From NCBI GenBank assembly GCA_000165345.1, contig CM000435.1, positions 1,120,001 through 1,184,000 of the forward strand: 64,000 bases of DNA, in the 5' to 3' direction. Under the pieces are notes generated by a model that saw nothing but the letters and a program-made list of their open reading frames with translations, was not told where the DNA came from and ran no database searches. The position numbers and the translations under genes are program-made. This document shows positions 10,801-23,400 of this stretch, in pieces (positions within the stretch are counted from its first letter, which is position 1; every line of letters starts with the position of its first letter).

Positions 10801-11335
10801 TTCCTCCTCCTCCTCTTCTATTGCTAAAGAATCCAAACAAACCATTACAATCTCTGATATTATACTCTACTTTATTACACAATTATTACCTAACCAAAAA
10901 ATTATTCAACACAAGATCTTCAAAGATCTAACCTTGATCTCAAACTTAAACTCTGAAGATACTACTCTTTTACAACAAAAAGAAAAAAATCCTAGCCAAA
11001 ACTCCTCCAACTCTAAAAACAAACTCAAAACAAAAAATCAAACAAATATTAATGAAAGTACCCGGTACCTATTAAATCAAGATCTAGATCAAGAAAATGC
11101 GCGGGCTCCCTCGAATGGTACTAGTATAGAAAAAATTCAAGGAAATATGGGTGAATCTAATAGGAGTAAAAGTTCATTTATGAGTATGGGAGGAAGTATT
11201 CCTGGAGGTTTTGACTTTTCAACGATTTCAAAACAGTTATCTAAGGGTCCTCCTCAAATTGTTTCAAAGATTATAAAGAATTCAAACTCTGGACAGAAAA
11301 AGATTAGAAAGTTTATAAGTAGAAATTTATATTAA
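4880..11335 (+). CDS. Large conserved-looking hypothetical protein (2151 aa), function not assignable from sequence
   Basis: A 6.4-kb uninterrupted ORF in about 70% AT DNA, where stop codons are frequent by chance. It has low-complexity Ser/Asn tracts and helical-repeat-like composition, and I recognise no catalytic motif. Confidence 0.85.
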   Translation: MQVGSLGKDDRSLSFKEVYGEKLGLFLEAKETCYKSWNRSDSPEKFWKLLQEEKENYLSLLVSTGLRFSEEVQNEVDWKNMLDLLEKSELSFEYPFSLPFKSTYESNFDSSTSNTTPLICNQFSPKWGIHAGKSAKTKIDPRRVSEKSSKKVPFEMDERQWKFAGYEVVLLSIDFIRRNIGELKLQITRLEESKMKIDRLEEQYKATTGGNRISGSGIQTKSSNIPEEKNQHYNFSKICTEQGIAYEKLQSLHSKLTRDCDNLISIYKSLMMFSEMVRIKFAIDSSTEYIICSLLSKFDSGGMGFFTSQDIHPLETRYRVLLLLESWSKSDLLTCNYSTWDHGKMRIKPGGAPRIIPEITHSKVLKDEPEFRSWIHRQLHIIYSNLAFKLQRLVLFIPPGWLQYLPGEIDLRDMLDLRNKSWSYSSRNIGLGIQKELLSEGVQKTLGKNPQYLLEFTLESITILDQLRNLFDQGFWGDSNFLKAPENLNNGRDLLNRLLQLMSAMERLDLAIRRDISNNSLKSVPSTFHINLSSYCIEMSSNDKKYSSSFNLEPQNKLDGHVYTSSNSQHIHSNSNSSHIESKKQSGHINRRQLIYTNEFVRDSIEERLLVLPNLSSYWMLESQILHILIRTLMSVNVNSIDPNSGIKGIGLTSMGLHQYSPFISRCIVFIGYMLENGIYVDEDLKYMDKVTITKTNIIPTSLDTYSLYLASCIWVCYENFLSIKNLKSVSGLNLDYDHESPIGIEGSGLSKIKDKDQTSIQEVFFSVLDLILKDLPSFLKYQTISSLEQELASSTQSLTNAYFTISSQPIDQRSINTGTSETLVSKDTTKQSSGSNIRSRFHSNSRELLRKITNNSKDVKEGGLLVEKSSYIENKEDELDEDFTYLNRFYKINSFIIQIQGRKTNNISSNLSSIICQPILRQNDQLWKSPDWMICLRDGISKGIKNKNNKEDTLNDQFWRIFGISLTTSSRSERVYGEILIRRLSTLSFRSRILCLCQSFFKLGAPGILRKLLQIISRMNTCMVLEEDDSLSLVARRAANMAQIGSDKRLWTRYCNYCILRSNELKIRELFEIPMQMLKLPATHYVELKLRLNSKDLRDSEEKERMERLARQEIQGCLETFINAFRFLEDTFISETITGWSRVMYEGASLTAGGGSISLVRDYVLITVRLLEVYAPYYMEELMNSEYWDLLMISRSQFEDLVSSIIGIDKYMVILKNWLEFNLDSIKIQSRIIDAQMIYNQINNVSNDYNSQLELRLQEMMRRRYMNDHLQQVTLFNLFSPQFILLIQNRINNIEYLVYKVYQDNKDSGSNSWIRGINAPEIYTSSIMIDIGTIVNTGVESLAEWLIFPFEDEQSLSLCLSPIMKFYRDLTTFIVNTIKRELGCSKYELVDSYIRYILDIISVLCKNGIGINGGSSFGSSVIQELKNLVKIHKIPNLVRKILSFSSNDFNTGIGNTGVGNNMMNNNISYASSNIGGISNISGAGEASLGIGSGNRSNNGSWNRSKIKISEANMRVPDRILVEKFERGRIFFSLLSLCLQLEDEEREEIGEGAMTGVEEKRKLKKNMRDGSGLGVEGYSSMARKGNTYGDIGSYMNNASISSISVSCMNYVDTKDLKFLVSIHNLFFFKNIILETSSKFFTLFFGDFISPDQDHDLEQERYRNQDQNLQKIVSLPSKSERSNSFLSSSVKYQVDHKQTDQHVEERKQYKLADEVLLKMKKMLEFLRSYGAMDNDENKLLASETTTELNRLLFSQSASSLISDPKSQGRYRKLFLNLIEECIQNIDSLILYIFKMYCIKTISCTFGQEFFLRIYGTGLLNEIQNHTTSNNNDNNNNNNSKGSYSYTSSYEEETDLSLENLIPGLNSCFRSFLSQCPNQDKSCYFNDHNEDEKTTGEIFTLLISKGISTQSQIENEFNKEYMKSLELLWLSHIFELSLSKTGSQSFYTDKISTTFEYDFEILDELRRSSNVTDIYSSSSSSSIAKESKQTITISDIILYFITQLLPNQKIIQHKIFKDLTLISNLNSEDTTLLQQKEKNPSQNSSNSKNKLKTKNQTNINESTRYLLNQDLDQENARAPSNGTSIEKIQGNMGESNRSKSSFMSMGGSIPGGFDFSTISKQLSKGPPQIVSKIIKNSNSGQKKIRKFISRNLY

Positions 11336-11454
11336 TATAATATTTATATTTGTTATTTGAGGTATTTTTGGGTTATTTTCTTTGTTTTTTTCTTTTCCTA
11401 TTTTATTTATTCCTTTTAATGATTAAATTAATTCAACTTTTGCTTTTTTTAGAT

Positions 11455-14400
11455 CTAATTATCATGGGTAACGTATGCATCAAGATCTATTGCAACACAA
11501 TTATTAATTGCATAAAGTAATCTTGATCTTAAAATCTCGATACTTGAATATCTTGGTAAAGATAATCTAAATCCACAAGTTGTTGCAATAGGAAGTCTAT
11601 TATCTTGTATAGTTTCAGGGTTATCATAGTTTATTGAAAATTTCCAATCACTTGAGTTATTGTTAACTTGAGGAAGTCTACTCCTACCTGATACAAATCT
11701 AAGAAGCTTTTGTAGTTGCTCATTATTAAAAGTCTCAAGCACTTGAAATAGTTGTTCTTTAAGTTCTGGATGAGGAGAAACTGTATGATTCTTAAGTATT
11801 AATAGATCTATTTTTGATTCTCCACATATTAAATATTCAATCTTTTGATAATTAAATAACATCCTCATCCTTCCCAATGGAATAATGGTACCGAATCCTT
11901 TGAGTATATTTGTCATTATATTACTGTCATCCAACATTCTACATCTTTCTGCTAGCTGAACAAATAGATGAAGATTCTCCAATGTGACTCCCACGCTTGA
12001 TTCCATTTCTCCTCCCTCTATATTTAATAGTGAGGTTATACTTCCATTCATATTTTCTATCTGGAATGTCAAACCTTCAATTTCTGGGATACTGGTTCCT
12101 CCTCCTCGTTCCCGTCCTTCTTCTTCTCTTCCTTCTAGTTGTTTTACATCTTCTTCTCGTTTTCCTCCTCTTCCTTTTCTATGTTTTCTATTTAAACTTT
12201 CATTTTCTATGTATTTGAGAGAGTTAAGCATTTCATAAGCTATACAATCTGCATCCACAAGATCCTTAAGTGAGAGAGGAAGTCCTGAGAACTTTTTCCA
12301 GATCAAAGGATTCAGATTAATATTCATAGCACTCTTAGTTGTAACGCAAATCCCCATTAATCTTCCTAAACATTCATACATCTCACCAATCATCTCTCTA
12401 ATCTCCTTATCTTTTGGCCACTCCCATGGATCAAGCTTATGCATTATCCCTAGATCCTCTTCTATTATGTTCGGTTGTGGGGCTTCCTGCTGAGTAGTTA
12501 TTGGAGTAGGATTCGTATTATTGATAGACTCAGCATGATTAAGCTCTTCTGGAATTGATCCCATTGATACTGGCGAAGAGTTTGAAGAAGAAGAAGATGA
12601 TGATGATTGTGAATTGGAAGAAGATAAAGATATCTCTTCCAAAGCATATCTACTCTCAGTTCTTCTTAATCGAATTGTATCTTCACCATCCTCTTCATCA
12701 GTTTCTATTGAAACTACTTCCCTTTCCCTTTCTCCTTCTCTTTCCACTTCTCTTTCTCTGTTATTCTCAATTTCAATTCCATTATCATTCACATTTTCAT
12801 GATCTCCTTCTCTTCTAAAGAAGGATTGGATCTTGCTGTCTATTGTATAAGTAAGTATCTTAGAATTTCCTGAGTAACTATGGTTACATCTTAAAGAAGG
12901 AATCTTACTAACAATAGCTTTAAATATTTGGTAACCAGCTGTCTGAATCATGAATCCTCCTCCTTCTCTCATCTTAGAATCATATTCTTCAAGATCCTCA
13001 ATTCCAAAAGAAGATTCAGACGAAAAGTTCTTCTTAGTATAATAGTCTCTCTTAAACTTAGAAAGCAAGGATTCAGACTGAACATTTCCTTCCGATACCT
13101 CCTGACCAGATGATCCAAAAAGCAAAAACTCTTCACAAATATATAAGGAATTTATTGTCTTGTAATTAGAATACACAGAGTTAATAGAAACTGTATCCTG
13201 GTTGTGACCAATTGAATGAAGAGCATTGGCACAAGGAGTAAATAATCCATAGTAACGGTTCTCATTTGATAACAACGTTTGATTTGTACCCAAATCATCG
13301 GCAATTCCATTCATATAACCAACACCTCCTCCTAATCTTTGTACATCCTTTGTTGTTGTCGTCTTATCTATATTATCATTGTTCTTACTCATAATTTCAT
13401 TAGAAATCCAAGAAAGAAACTCTTGGAATGGACCCCCAAAATCAGTACTCCCTTCTCCTCTAAATACTATAAGAAATGGTCTTTCAGTAATTCTTAGCTT
13501 CTCTGGAAGCATTTGTAGAATCTGTCTTGTAGATTGTGATAGAAGAGAATACTTTAAAGGATTCCCTCCTGTTACTGCTAAATTCCTATTCAAGTGAACT
13601 GTTAACCCATTATTTGCAGTAGTATTACCATTCCCATCCCTCTTCTTTGAATATATTAACCTCTTCAATATATCATTCCATAGAGAATTCACCAAATTCA
13701 ACTTATAATATGGCTTTAATAATAAATATGAACTTATTGGAATCGGAATATCATATGGTCCCACATGAATTAAATACCTTGGTGACGAGTATATATTGTA
13801 ATATGATCCCCAACTACCAAGCAATTTACTTGATTGTAATAATAATAATGGAGTTGTCATAATAAGATCTTGAGACGTATTTTCTTCGGTACCTATATTT
13901 TGTCTCAAGATCTTATTTTTTAAAACTCCACTTTTTTTAGAATAATAACTATTGAATGCTTTAAAAATGTTCTTATTGAATTGATTTTTAGATAATTTCC
14001 AGAAAAGATCACCAAAGTAATTATTTGAGAAATAAAATGGACAAGATATTCTCAGAAAGTCTTCTTGTTCGTAATTTAATGTTGGTGAGTTAAAGACTCC
14101 AGAAATCATTGGAATTGTAAATCTGGAAATATCATTAAACTTATTCAGAAGTAGAATTCTTCCTGATAAAAATTGTTTCATTATATCCACATACCAAAAT
14201 AATGATTGTAATCTTAGTTTGAATTGATTTTTACCACCATTTCCACTGTTATTTAATTGTATTTTTGTAAATACATCAAGAGAAGTTGTATAGATGGGAA
14301 GAATATTACCAAGAAGAATTTCTATTACTTTGAAAGGAAATTCTTCTTCAGTATAGAATAAGTTATTTAAATCTATTAAAGAAGGTCCATAACTTTCACA

Positions 14401-17400
14401 ATTATTATTTTTGAATTCATCTTCTTCAAACTTTGAAAAATGAAAATCTTCGTATTGTGGATCTTGACTTGAATCTGTCTCGAGATCATTATTATGATCA
14501 CCAATTAATTTAACTTGATCATCTCTATTGAAGCAATATTTTAATACTACAAGAGAAAATAAGTTTTTGATTGAATTTGAGACATAACGAATTACATCCA
14601 AAGAGTCTGAATGAGAGATTTTTGTTCTGGTCCATATATTGGAGTCATGTTTTGGGATCATCTTTGAGATATCCAAAGATCTTATTCCAAGTAAAACCAT
14701 TGATTTATTTCTAAATTCATCTTCTTTAATAATATTTTCTTCAATATCAATTTCAAATTCTGATTTATCAGTAAAGTTTATTCGTTTTAAAAGTTCAAAT
14801 AAGACTACTCTGTATATTTGTTGTTCTCCTAATTCTATGTTTAAAAGTTGAATTAGCTTCTGATCTATAACAGTTTGACAGTGCTGATGCATTTTACATA
14901 GAATCTTCATATCAAGAGAAACTACTGGTCTTGCTAAGAACTTAAAATCCAAAAATTCTTGCTCTTCTCCAATTATACCCAACTTTGAATAACTTGAATT
15001 CTTCTTTTCTGATAAAATCGATTTCTTATATTTGTTATAACAATTCTTATCAAAAAGATCTAGATTAGGTATCCATTCAATCCAAGAGTTACATGATATA
15101 TAATCTAAATTATTATCATAATCTTTTACCAAAGAAAGGAGTTTTCTTATATTGTGAATCCAAATAAATCTTTCATGTTCCACAGTCCAATAGGGATAGT
15201 ATCCATGATGTTTATCTATAGCCTCCTCCATTTCTAATAGCTCCCAACAACACTTAACCATTTGCTCTTGAAGGAGCTTTTCATCAGCTTCTTTTACATT
15301 CCAAGAGTTTTGATCATTTTCAAGGTTTTCTCCTGATTCAGAATAATTAACTCCAGCATTTTTAGGGAAACTAATCTCTATATTTCCCATACCATGAATT
15401 CCATCTCCCATTGAACATTTTACTGTTAATACTTGAGCTATATACTTATAGGTAACATTGATAATATCCAATAATTCTTTGATGTTTCTTACTTGAGAAA
15501 GACCATTGTATATCTCCTCCATTACTTCTTGTGGGATCAAGATCTTATCTGGAGCAGTGATTACTGCTCCAAAAGCTCCTACTCCCAAAAGCGAATTGTA
15601 ATTACTTGATCTATTTTGTGATCTTACATTCCCGAGACGATTTGGTATTTGTAGTTCTGGTCCTGAGCTATTTATATCACCAGAAATATTGGTTACACTT
15701 CCTCTATGATGATAGTGATTACTACTACCAGTACTAGAAGTAATCCTATACCCAGAATTAATCCCAGAAATTTCTCCTCCTAGTGATGAGGTGTTTGATG
15801 TAGAATTAATAGATGAAGGAAGAGGTGGGGATGAAGAAGAAGTAGCAGAAGATGAAGACATTCCTGATTGGTCATATCCAAAATGATTGCTTGGAGGTCC
15901 ACTTTGTGAAACCGATACTGGTTGAGTATAATGATAATAGTTAATACTATTCACATTATACACAAAGTCATCAGTTGGTCTTCCCGTCTCAGGTTTTCTA
16001 TTAATGGACATATTTACAATACTGTTGGATGATAAGCTTGTAGAAGCAGCAATTGATCCTGAATGGCATTTGATTGATCTGATCCATCTATAAAAGAGAT
16101 ACTGAATAATATGAATATTAAGTATCTTCTTATCATAAATTCTGGCTGCAAACAAATCTTTAAAGGAAGTATTTTTTGACTTATTTCTCGAACAATTTTG
16201 AACTATCTCAAGATCTTTAGGATGAGAATTCTTTTTCTGAAGAACTCCTCCAATCTCAAGGGATTCTATTGAAATATATGTATCTGAAGAATGATCTTTT
16301 TCTAAACAAGAAGAAGGATCAAGATCAGCCATAGCCACAATTTGACAATCAGAAAATAGTCCTGGCCAAGGATACTGGTAAGGGGGGAGTAAATTGGACT
16401 TATTTTGAATATTCATATTAATAAATGACTTTTGTGATTCTTTTTCTGCATCAATCTTTTGGCTATTGCAAACTGAGAAACAGTAAAGTTTTTCATATTG
16501 TTGTGTAAACTCTGCAATATCTTCTTTTTCTGCATGGAAGGATATTTTTGGAGGAGATGGGATTATTGCCCAATCAAGCATCTTAGATCCTGTAGTTCCT
16601 GATGAAGATCCAGATCCAGATCCAGATCCAGGTCCAGATGAATTATTAAATTGCTCAGGTACACCAAGATCTGTACCATTTTCTGATTGACCAACTCCTC
16701 CCTGACTTCTATCTCTCTCTACGAATTTTTTAAGGAGTGTTCTATAAAGGGAACCAGCAAATTGATCGTGATTATTTGTAATGTATGGATTCACTCCCTT
16801 GAAAGAGAGAAGTTGAATGATATCTAGATGACCAAAAGCCAAAGCAAAGTGGTAACTAGTATTTCCTAATCTATCTTGAATATTAACATCAGAGTCATAA
16901 ACCACCATTAAGATGTATGCTATTCTAGCATTTCCACTGATTATTGAGGCCATTAATCCAGTCTGATAGAGAGAATATCCTTTAAGCTCTCCCAAAAGCA
17001 TTCCTAATCTTTCCTTCTGAATATTCTGTGCATTAAATTTTCTGTTTTCAATTTGGATTAGATATCTAAACTGATGATGATGAGAGGAGTTATTAAGATT
17101 GGAAATAGAAGAAGAAGACGAGGATGATGAAGACGAGGATGAAGAAAAGGAAGAGGAGGAAGAGTAAGAAATAGTACCAATGGAGTTGGAAATAGTATGC
17201 AGTCCTGAATTTTCTCTTTCTCTGCCTTCAATAACCATCCCATAACAACCAATATATAGAGATAAGTGATCATCAGTATCGAGAAGATTCAAAGCTCTGT
17301 TATCAACATGAACAAAATTCAAAAGATATTGAACAATTTGCTCATTTCCAATCCAACAAGCCAACCAAAATGGAGTTTCATGCTTGACAATTTTTTGGCT

Positions 17401-20400
17401 TCTTTTCTCTGAGAAGACTCTTAAAGATGAAAATGAAGTTGAAGAGGAGTTAAAAGCTTGATGATTTATCTCATCTTGATTACTCATTGAAAAGTGAGTA
17501 TTCAACAAATCCCAATTTAAAACCTGTTCTTGGATTGAAAAGAACTCCCTGGGATCTGGAAACATTACATAATCATAAATATTACTTAGAAGACTTCTGA
17601 TTGTCATCTTTGAACTTGAAATACATTTTGGAATACAATTGAGAATATTATTGTAAAGATCCTCAGTTATTAATACTTTGAATAAAAACTCTCCCTTTTC
17701 TAAATCAATCAAATACTTGGAGTATTTTGAAATCAAATGACTCATTACCAATACGTCATTCTGCAAAATTGTCATCACAAAGAGAGTTCGAACAATCCAA
17801 ATCATCTTCTCTGACAAATTCTGAGTACAATTCATTTGCTGACTAATCTCTTCAAAATGCCCACCTACTTGAGAAAATACTTCTCTTTGAGGGCAACTCT
17901 CCAAACTTAATAACAAGTTTCCACTCATCCTCTTATAAAACTCAGTAAAGTTAAATGAAAAGCTGTATTCATTATTCTTGAAAAATATTAAAGCTGGTAT
18001 ACTTGGTTGAAATTCGATAGTAATTTGATCATGTAATCCATATTTAGGTATCGATACCTTTTGAGATCTTGAATCTGAAAATTCATATGAGTCCAAATTC
18101 TCAATAATAATTTCTTGGTTAGTTGGAATTTTATACTCTTTATACAATTTACTGATCTCAAATGGTAATGGAGGGAGTGATGGAACTATAAATCTTCCAT
18201 CATTAAGCCAAATAAATCTATACATACCATCCAACCAGTCTATTCCAACTCCAAATGTCTGAGGTGATTTCTCCCCAATCTCATTAGAAATCTCATGATC
18301 ATTAAGTTTTTGTATCTTGAATGTTATGCTAAAAGATTTACAAGGGTCCAAAGACTTGAATAAACGTGATTTAATACTAATTTCCCTGTTATCATTCAAA
18401 TAGCATTCATCATCGTTATTATTTTGGATCTGAGTGTCATCCTCGATTCTATTTACTCTCCAAACTGTATTTTCTGGTAAGACCCAATTCTTCCAGTTTT
18501 TGAATAGGGCTGGACTATACAGATCTCTACTTGTATTACTACTACTACAGAAACTAACTCCACTTGGTATATTTGGATGCATGTATCCAAGAAGAGATAA
18601 GCCTTTTTTCTTACGTTTAAGTTCTGATCTTGGAGTCGAATTTTCATTTGAAATTTGATCCAAACTACCTCCTACCACTTTTCTTGAAGGAGTCTGAATC
18701 TTAAGCATTTTCAAACTTCCATTAGAATAACAATCTTTCCGATCTTGGATCTTAAATCTATGTTTGAATTCTGATGGGATCCATTTTACAGAGTCATTTT
18801 CAATTTGCAATTTATCTTGTGAATCGGAACATTCTGATATTACTGGGAGGTAATCTATTTTGGAGATGATTTGAGTATAAGGAATGAAGATATCTTCAAT
18901 ACAACTATTTAGTTGAACGTCGCAGTATATTAAGGAATTAACATCAGATTGTGTTTCCAATTCGGATGATTCTGAGCAATGCGATTTTGATGAAGAATTT
19001 TGAGAAATTGCAAGTGAAGATCTTATGGAAGTTCTCTTGTTACTTTCCAAGTAAATAATTGGAAGAATGAATCTAGCTTGAGGAGGGAGACCAGTTATTG
19101 CTACAGGAGTACCATTCACTTCCAAGATCAAAAGACGATTCTGGAATATCACAGAAATATCTAGATATTTCTGTTTACTTCTAGCTTGAATAGAAAAGCT
19201 TGAGGCAGCTCTAATTCTTGTTAGGCTTTGGGAAATCTCTTCTCCTCCAAAATTTAAGCATTTATCATCATAATAAGAATACAAAATACTACCAAGATAT
19301 CCATTATTTTGACTCAAAAGCTCACTCTTAATGTTTGTATCTCTTTTTTTTGGTTTCAGTTTCTGGAATAGTTCTCCTTGAATCCAATTAGTGTAAAATG
19401 ATGAGATTTCTATTTCACTCAATTGTCTCTCAAAAACAATTCCTCCTACCAAAATCAGCTTAATAGGATGAATACCGTTATTTTCCCCACATTCTGATAA
19501 CTTGTTAAAACGGAAGAGAGCCTTTACACTACTTGAATGCAAACCATTAACATAAAGCATATTATCAGATCTTAAACAGTAAGAAACACTCTTATGACCA
19601 GAGTTTAGAATAACTCTAAACTCATTTCTATTGATCTTCTGCTTCTCTTCAAATTGAATATCTCCATTCTCATAAGAATGTTTTATTACCTCTCTTAGTT
19701 TTATATTCTTCTGGCCAATTTCATATCCTCCATATTCATAAATTAGACCATTTATCCCAGTATTATTAATACTATATAAAATTCTCGGTACTTTATGATT
19801 TCTTTCATAATCGAACTTAAGTTTTAAAGGTTTCAGCTTAAATCCTATGAATCCTGAGTTTCGTTTATGCATCTTATTAAGTTGTGGATTGTAAGTGTTT
19901 TGATTTGGATATAAATATCCATTACTTGCCAAATTCCTTCCTTTGTTCTTTTCAATCAAACCATTTTCTAAGGAGTTTCCATAGTTAATTCTTAAAACTG
20001 AATGATATTCTTGGGAAATTGGACTTTCCCCAAGACTCAATAACATGCTTTTTGGACTAATATAGTTTAAGGTATTTTGAATGTATTTCCAAGGGAAAAG
20101 TGTATTTGGCTTAATATCATCATTAAATATCTCATCATAGATTTCATTTCTGGACAATTTTCTTTCTGATAAAGATCTTGTCTTATTGATTTCATTATTT
20201 GAAAGTATTGCAGTATCACTAGTACTTAACATTAAATGGTTTGATATTGAAATAAAACTCAAATACCTATTAAAGAATGACAGAATATGAGGAAGAGGTA
20301 ATAGAGTATATTCATTTGAAGAATCCAATATACATCTTGCTGAGCATGCCATAAAATGACATACTAATGTAGTATTAATCTTTTGTCTATTGATTGGCTT

Positions 20401-23400
20401 ATAATCTTCAGCTGAAGTAAAGTAATCCCATCCAAGTTGAGTAATTGGTACCTTTCCTAAAATGAGTTCTCTGAATACTGGAAGATTATTAACATTGACA
20501 AGAGGATTTTCCCCATCAAAATTGACTTTGCTCTCATATAAAGATAAAATACATGAAACACAATAGCATATAGAATCAAGTATTCCTTGACTTTGATCAA
20601 TAATTTCTCTTGCTTGATCATGATCATATTCTTGATCTTGAATCTCTTTATATTTACCCAAATCTGATTTCATATTTCTATGATTAGTAATCCAATAAGT
20701 CATTCTACAAGAATCAATTGCAAGCTTTGTTGGGATATGAACTCCATTAGTTAATAGAGAAAAGAGGAAATTCCATGTTAATCTGTTAACAATGGATGAT
20801 CTGATAAAACTTGGGCATAAAGGATGTCTAATAAATTGATCCATTAACCAATGAGCCACATATACAGAAGGAGATAGTGAAGAATATTTGAGTTGTTTTG
20901 GATGATTACCAGAAGATGATTGACCATTATTAGTCTCTTTGATTCTAATAGAAAAGATCTGAATCAAAGAACCAACTAAATGGAATATGATCTCAGTTTT
21001 TAAGAAATGAGTAATAGTTCTTCTCATATGACTCTTCTCTATAACCAGTTGATCCATTACTTGATCCGTATTTTCATCAATTTCTTCATCCAAGTCTATA
21101 TAACAAGATGTAACATATATAAGCCTTTGCCATGAATAGAGTTTATCAGTTAATGCACTTTCACTATCAATTCTATTAAGAATCTTTCTTGTAGAATCTT
21201 TAATAGAGATTTCAGATGTGTTGTGAATATCATTATATATGGATCTTTTAAACATAAGCCAGTAATCAGGAGAGGGAGAAAGATGATTGCTATCATCCAT
21301 ATTTTGATGTGCTGCAGGAAATACGAAATCCTCTCTACCTCTGATTATAAAGTATGTACAGATTCTCATGATTCGAATAATTTGGTAGAATCTCTCAGAA
21401 ATGGTTTTTTCATCAGGTAGTTTATTAGATAATTGTTTATCAGATTTTTGATACTCCTCTGAACTATATTTGGTATCTTGGAAAAGTAACTTATTAATGT
21501 GATCAGGTATAATTCCACAAATATTACATAAGGTATCAATAGCAGAGATCTTAATAGACCAAGTTGCTGTAGTTCCATTAGATTTTAAAACAAGTTTTTT
21601 TGCTGTGATTGGATTAGAACCTTCAAGATTGAATATTCTTTGGTTCATACTTAACATTCCATAAATAGAATTATCTAAATGTCTGACAGCTTTAATCTTT
21701 GAAGAAGAGTAATTTGAATGATTGTCTCTGTTGACAAATCCTTGTCTTAAGATCCACTTCCAAAGGACATTACAATCTTCAGTTAGTAGAATAGTTCTCA
21801 TTTGTATTTCTGGTAAGTCGTATAATTTGTTAGAAGATGATAACTCGTTTTGATTTTGATCTTGACTTTGAAGTGGATCTGAAGAGAAATTCTGATCACA
21901 ATCAATACCGGTACTTGTAATGATGTCATAAAGACTTTTTTCTTCTTTAGTTACAATGGGTTTAAACTTGTGTTGGTTTTTCTCCTGGAAGTTTCTACCT
22001 TTTTGAGAAAATATATTAAAAAGTTCAAGTTCCCTTGTTTCATTCGATGATCTTAATCCTTGATTTGCATCTCCGCAAGAATATAGAGAAAAGTTTCCAA
22101 TTAGAGAAAAGAAGCCAAATAGAATATTCTTCATCTTTTCTGAAAGTTTTGGAGCATCATTACCAGGACAAAACTCCAAGATCACTCTAGAAATTAATGA
22201 AACAATCAAGGAAGATCTTGAAATGAGTACAGAAAGTGAATCTAGAAGATGTTTCTGTAGCTCTAAAATTTTCCCCCATTTGCTTACAAACTCATCTGAT
22301 ATACAAATTTTAAGATTTTCTGTTCCCAATAAGAAGTAAAACTGGTGGATGAATTTCACCTTGAAAAGTTGATAGAATCCTTCTAAGATGAGCTCCAATT
22401 GTGAAAGTTTAAGACCAAAAAGAGATGAATAGCAAAGAACACCACTGTCTATGCTACTACTTAGCCAAGGAAGATCCCCATAAGTAATGTTTGAGCATCT
22501 TCTTCTCAATAAAAGTTCTCGTTCAAAATGAGTTTTTGGATTTTCTTTGCAACTTATGGTATCTGGATGTTTTATAGGTAGATTCATCCCTGAATCATCA
22601 TTTTCTTCTAATGGATTGAGATCTACTCCAAAGATCGTACATATTGAGCACATGAGCAAAGTCTTTTCAATAAGGGAGTCAAGTAATTGCAAAGTTATGT
22701 CTAAATCTTGGTTATCAGAAGGAAGGGACAACTCGAGAGAATCTGAGATTTCATGATCTAAAGTCTTTACAGAAAAGAAAGTCTCAAGATGTGCCTCAAA
22801 GTCAGAACTGATTGACAAAATAGTCTTGTGAATAGACTTGACTAGATTATCCTTCAGGCCAGAAAGTAAACCATGACTTGAAACCAAGATTTCCTGGAAA
22901 AGTTTGATATTCTGAATGTAAACAAGAAAACTAATATTATATAACTGTTTCTTATTATTTAAATCCAATTCTTTCATAACCAGGTTGTGAATTGAAGGAG
23001 AGGCTGAGGAAGATGATGATCCTGAGGCCAGTTGTTGAATCTGTTCTTGAGTTACAACTCTTCCACCATGTATTGATTCAAACCAAGTGCTACTTCTTCT
23101 TCTATATCTAGTTGAGAAAGGAAGTCCTTCATATAGAATAGTAAGTGGATCAAGGATCACAAAAATGACAGAAAGACGGGTATCCTCTGAGATCTGTGCT
23201 AATTCATTAAATTGAACTTCCAGAACACTTCCAATACTTTCCCCTCCAATAAAGATTTCAGACCTCAAAATAGATCCAGAAGAATTTGAGCTTACCCCAT
23301 ATCTTATATCAATCACGGTTCCTTCTGAATATGGAATTTCCAAAGCAAACATATTTTCTGGTAATTGGTAGACACCAGGATTAGAAGAAGTAGATGATGA

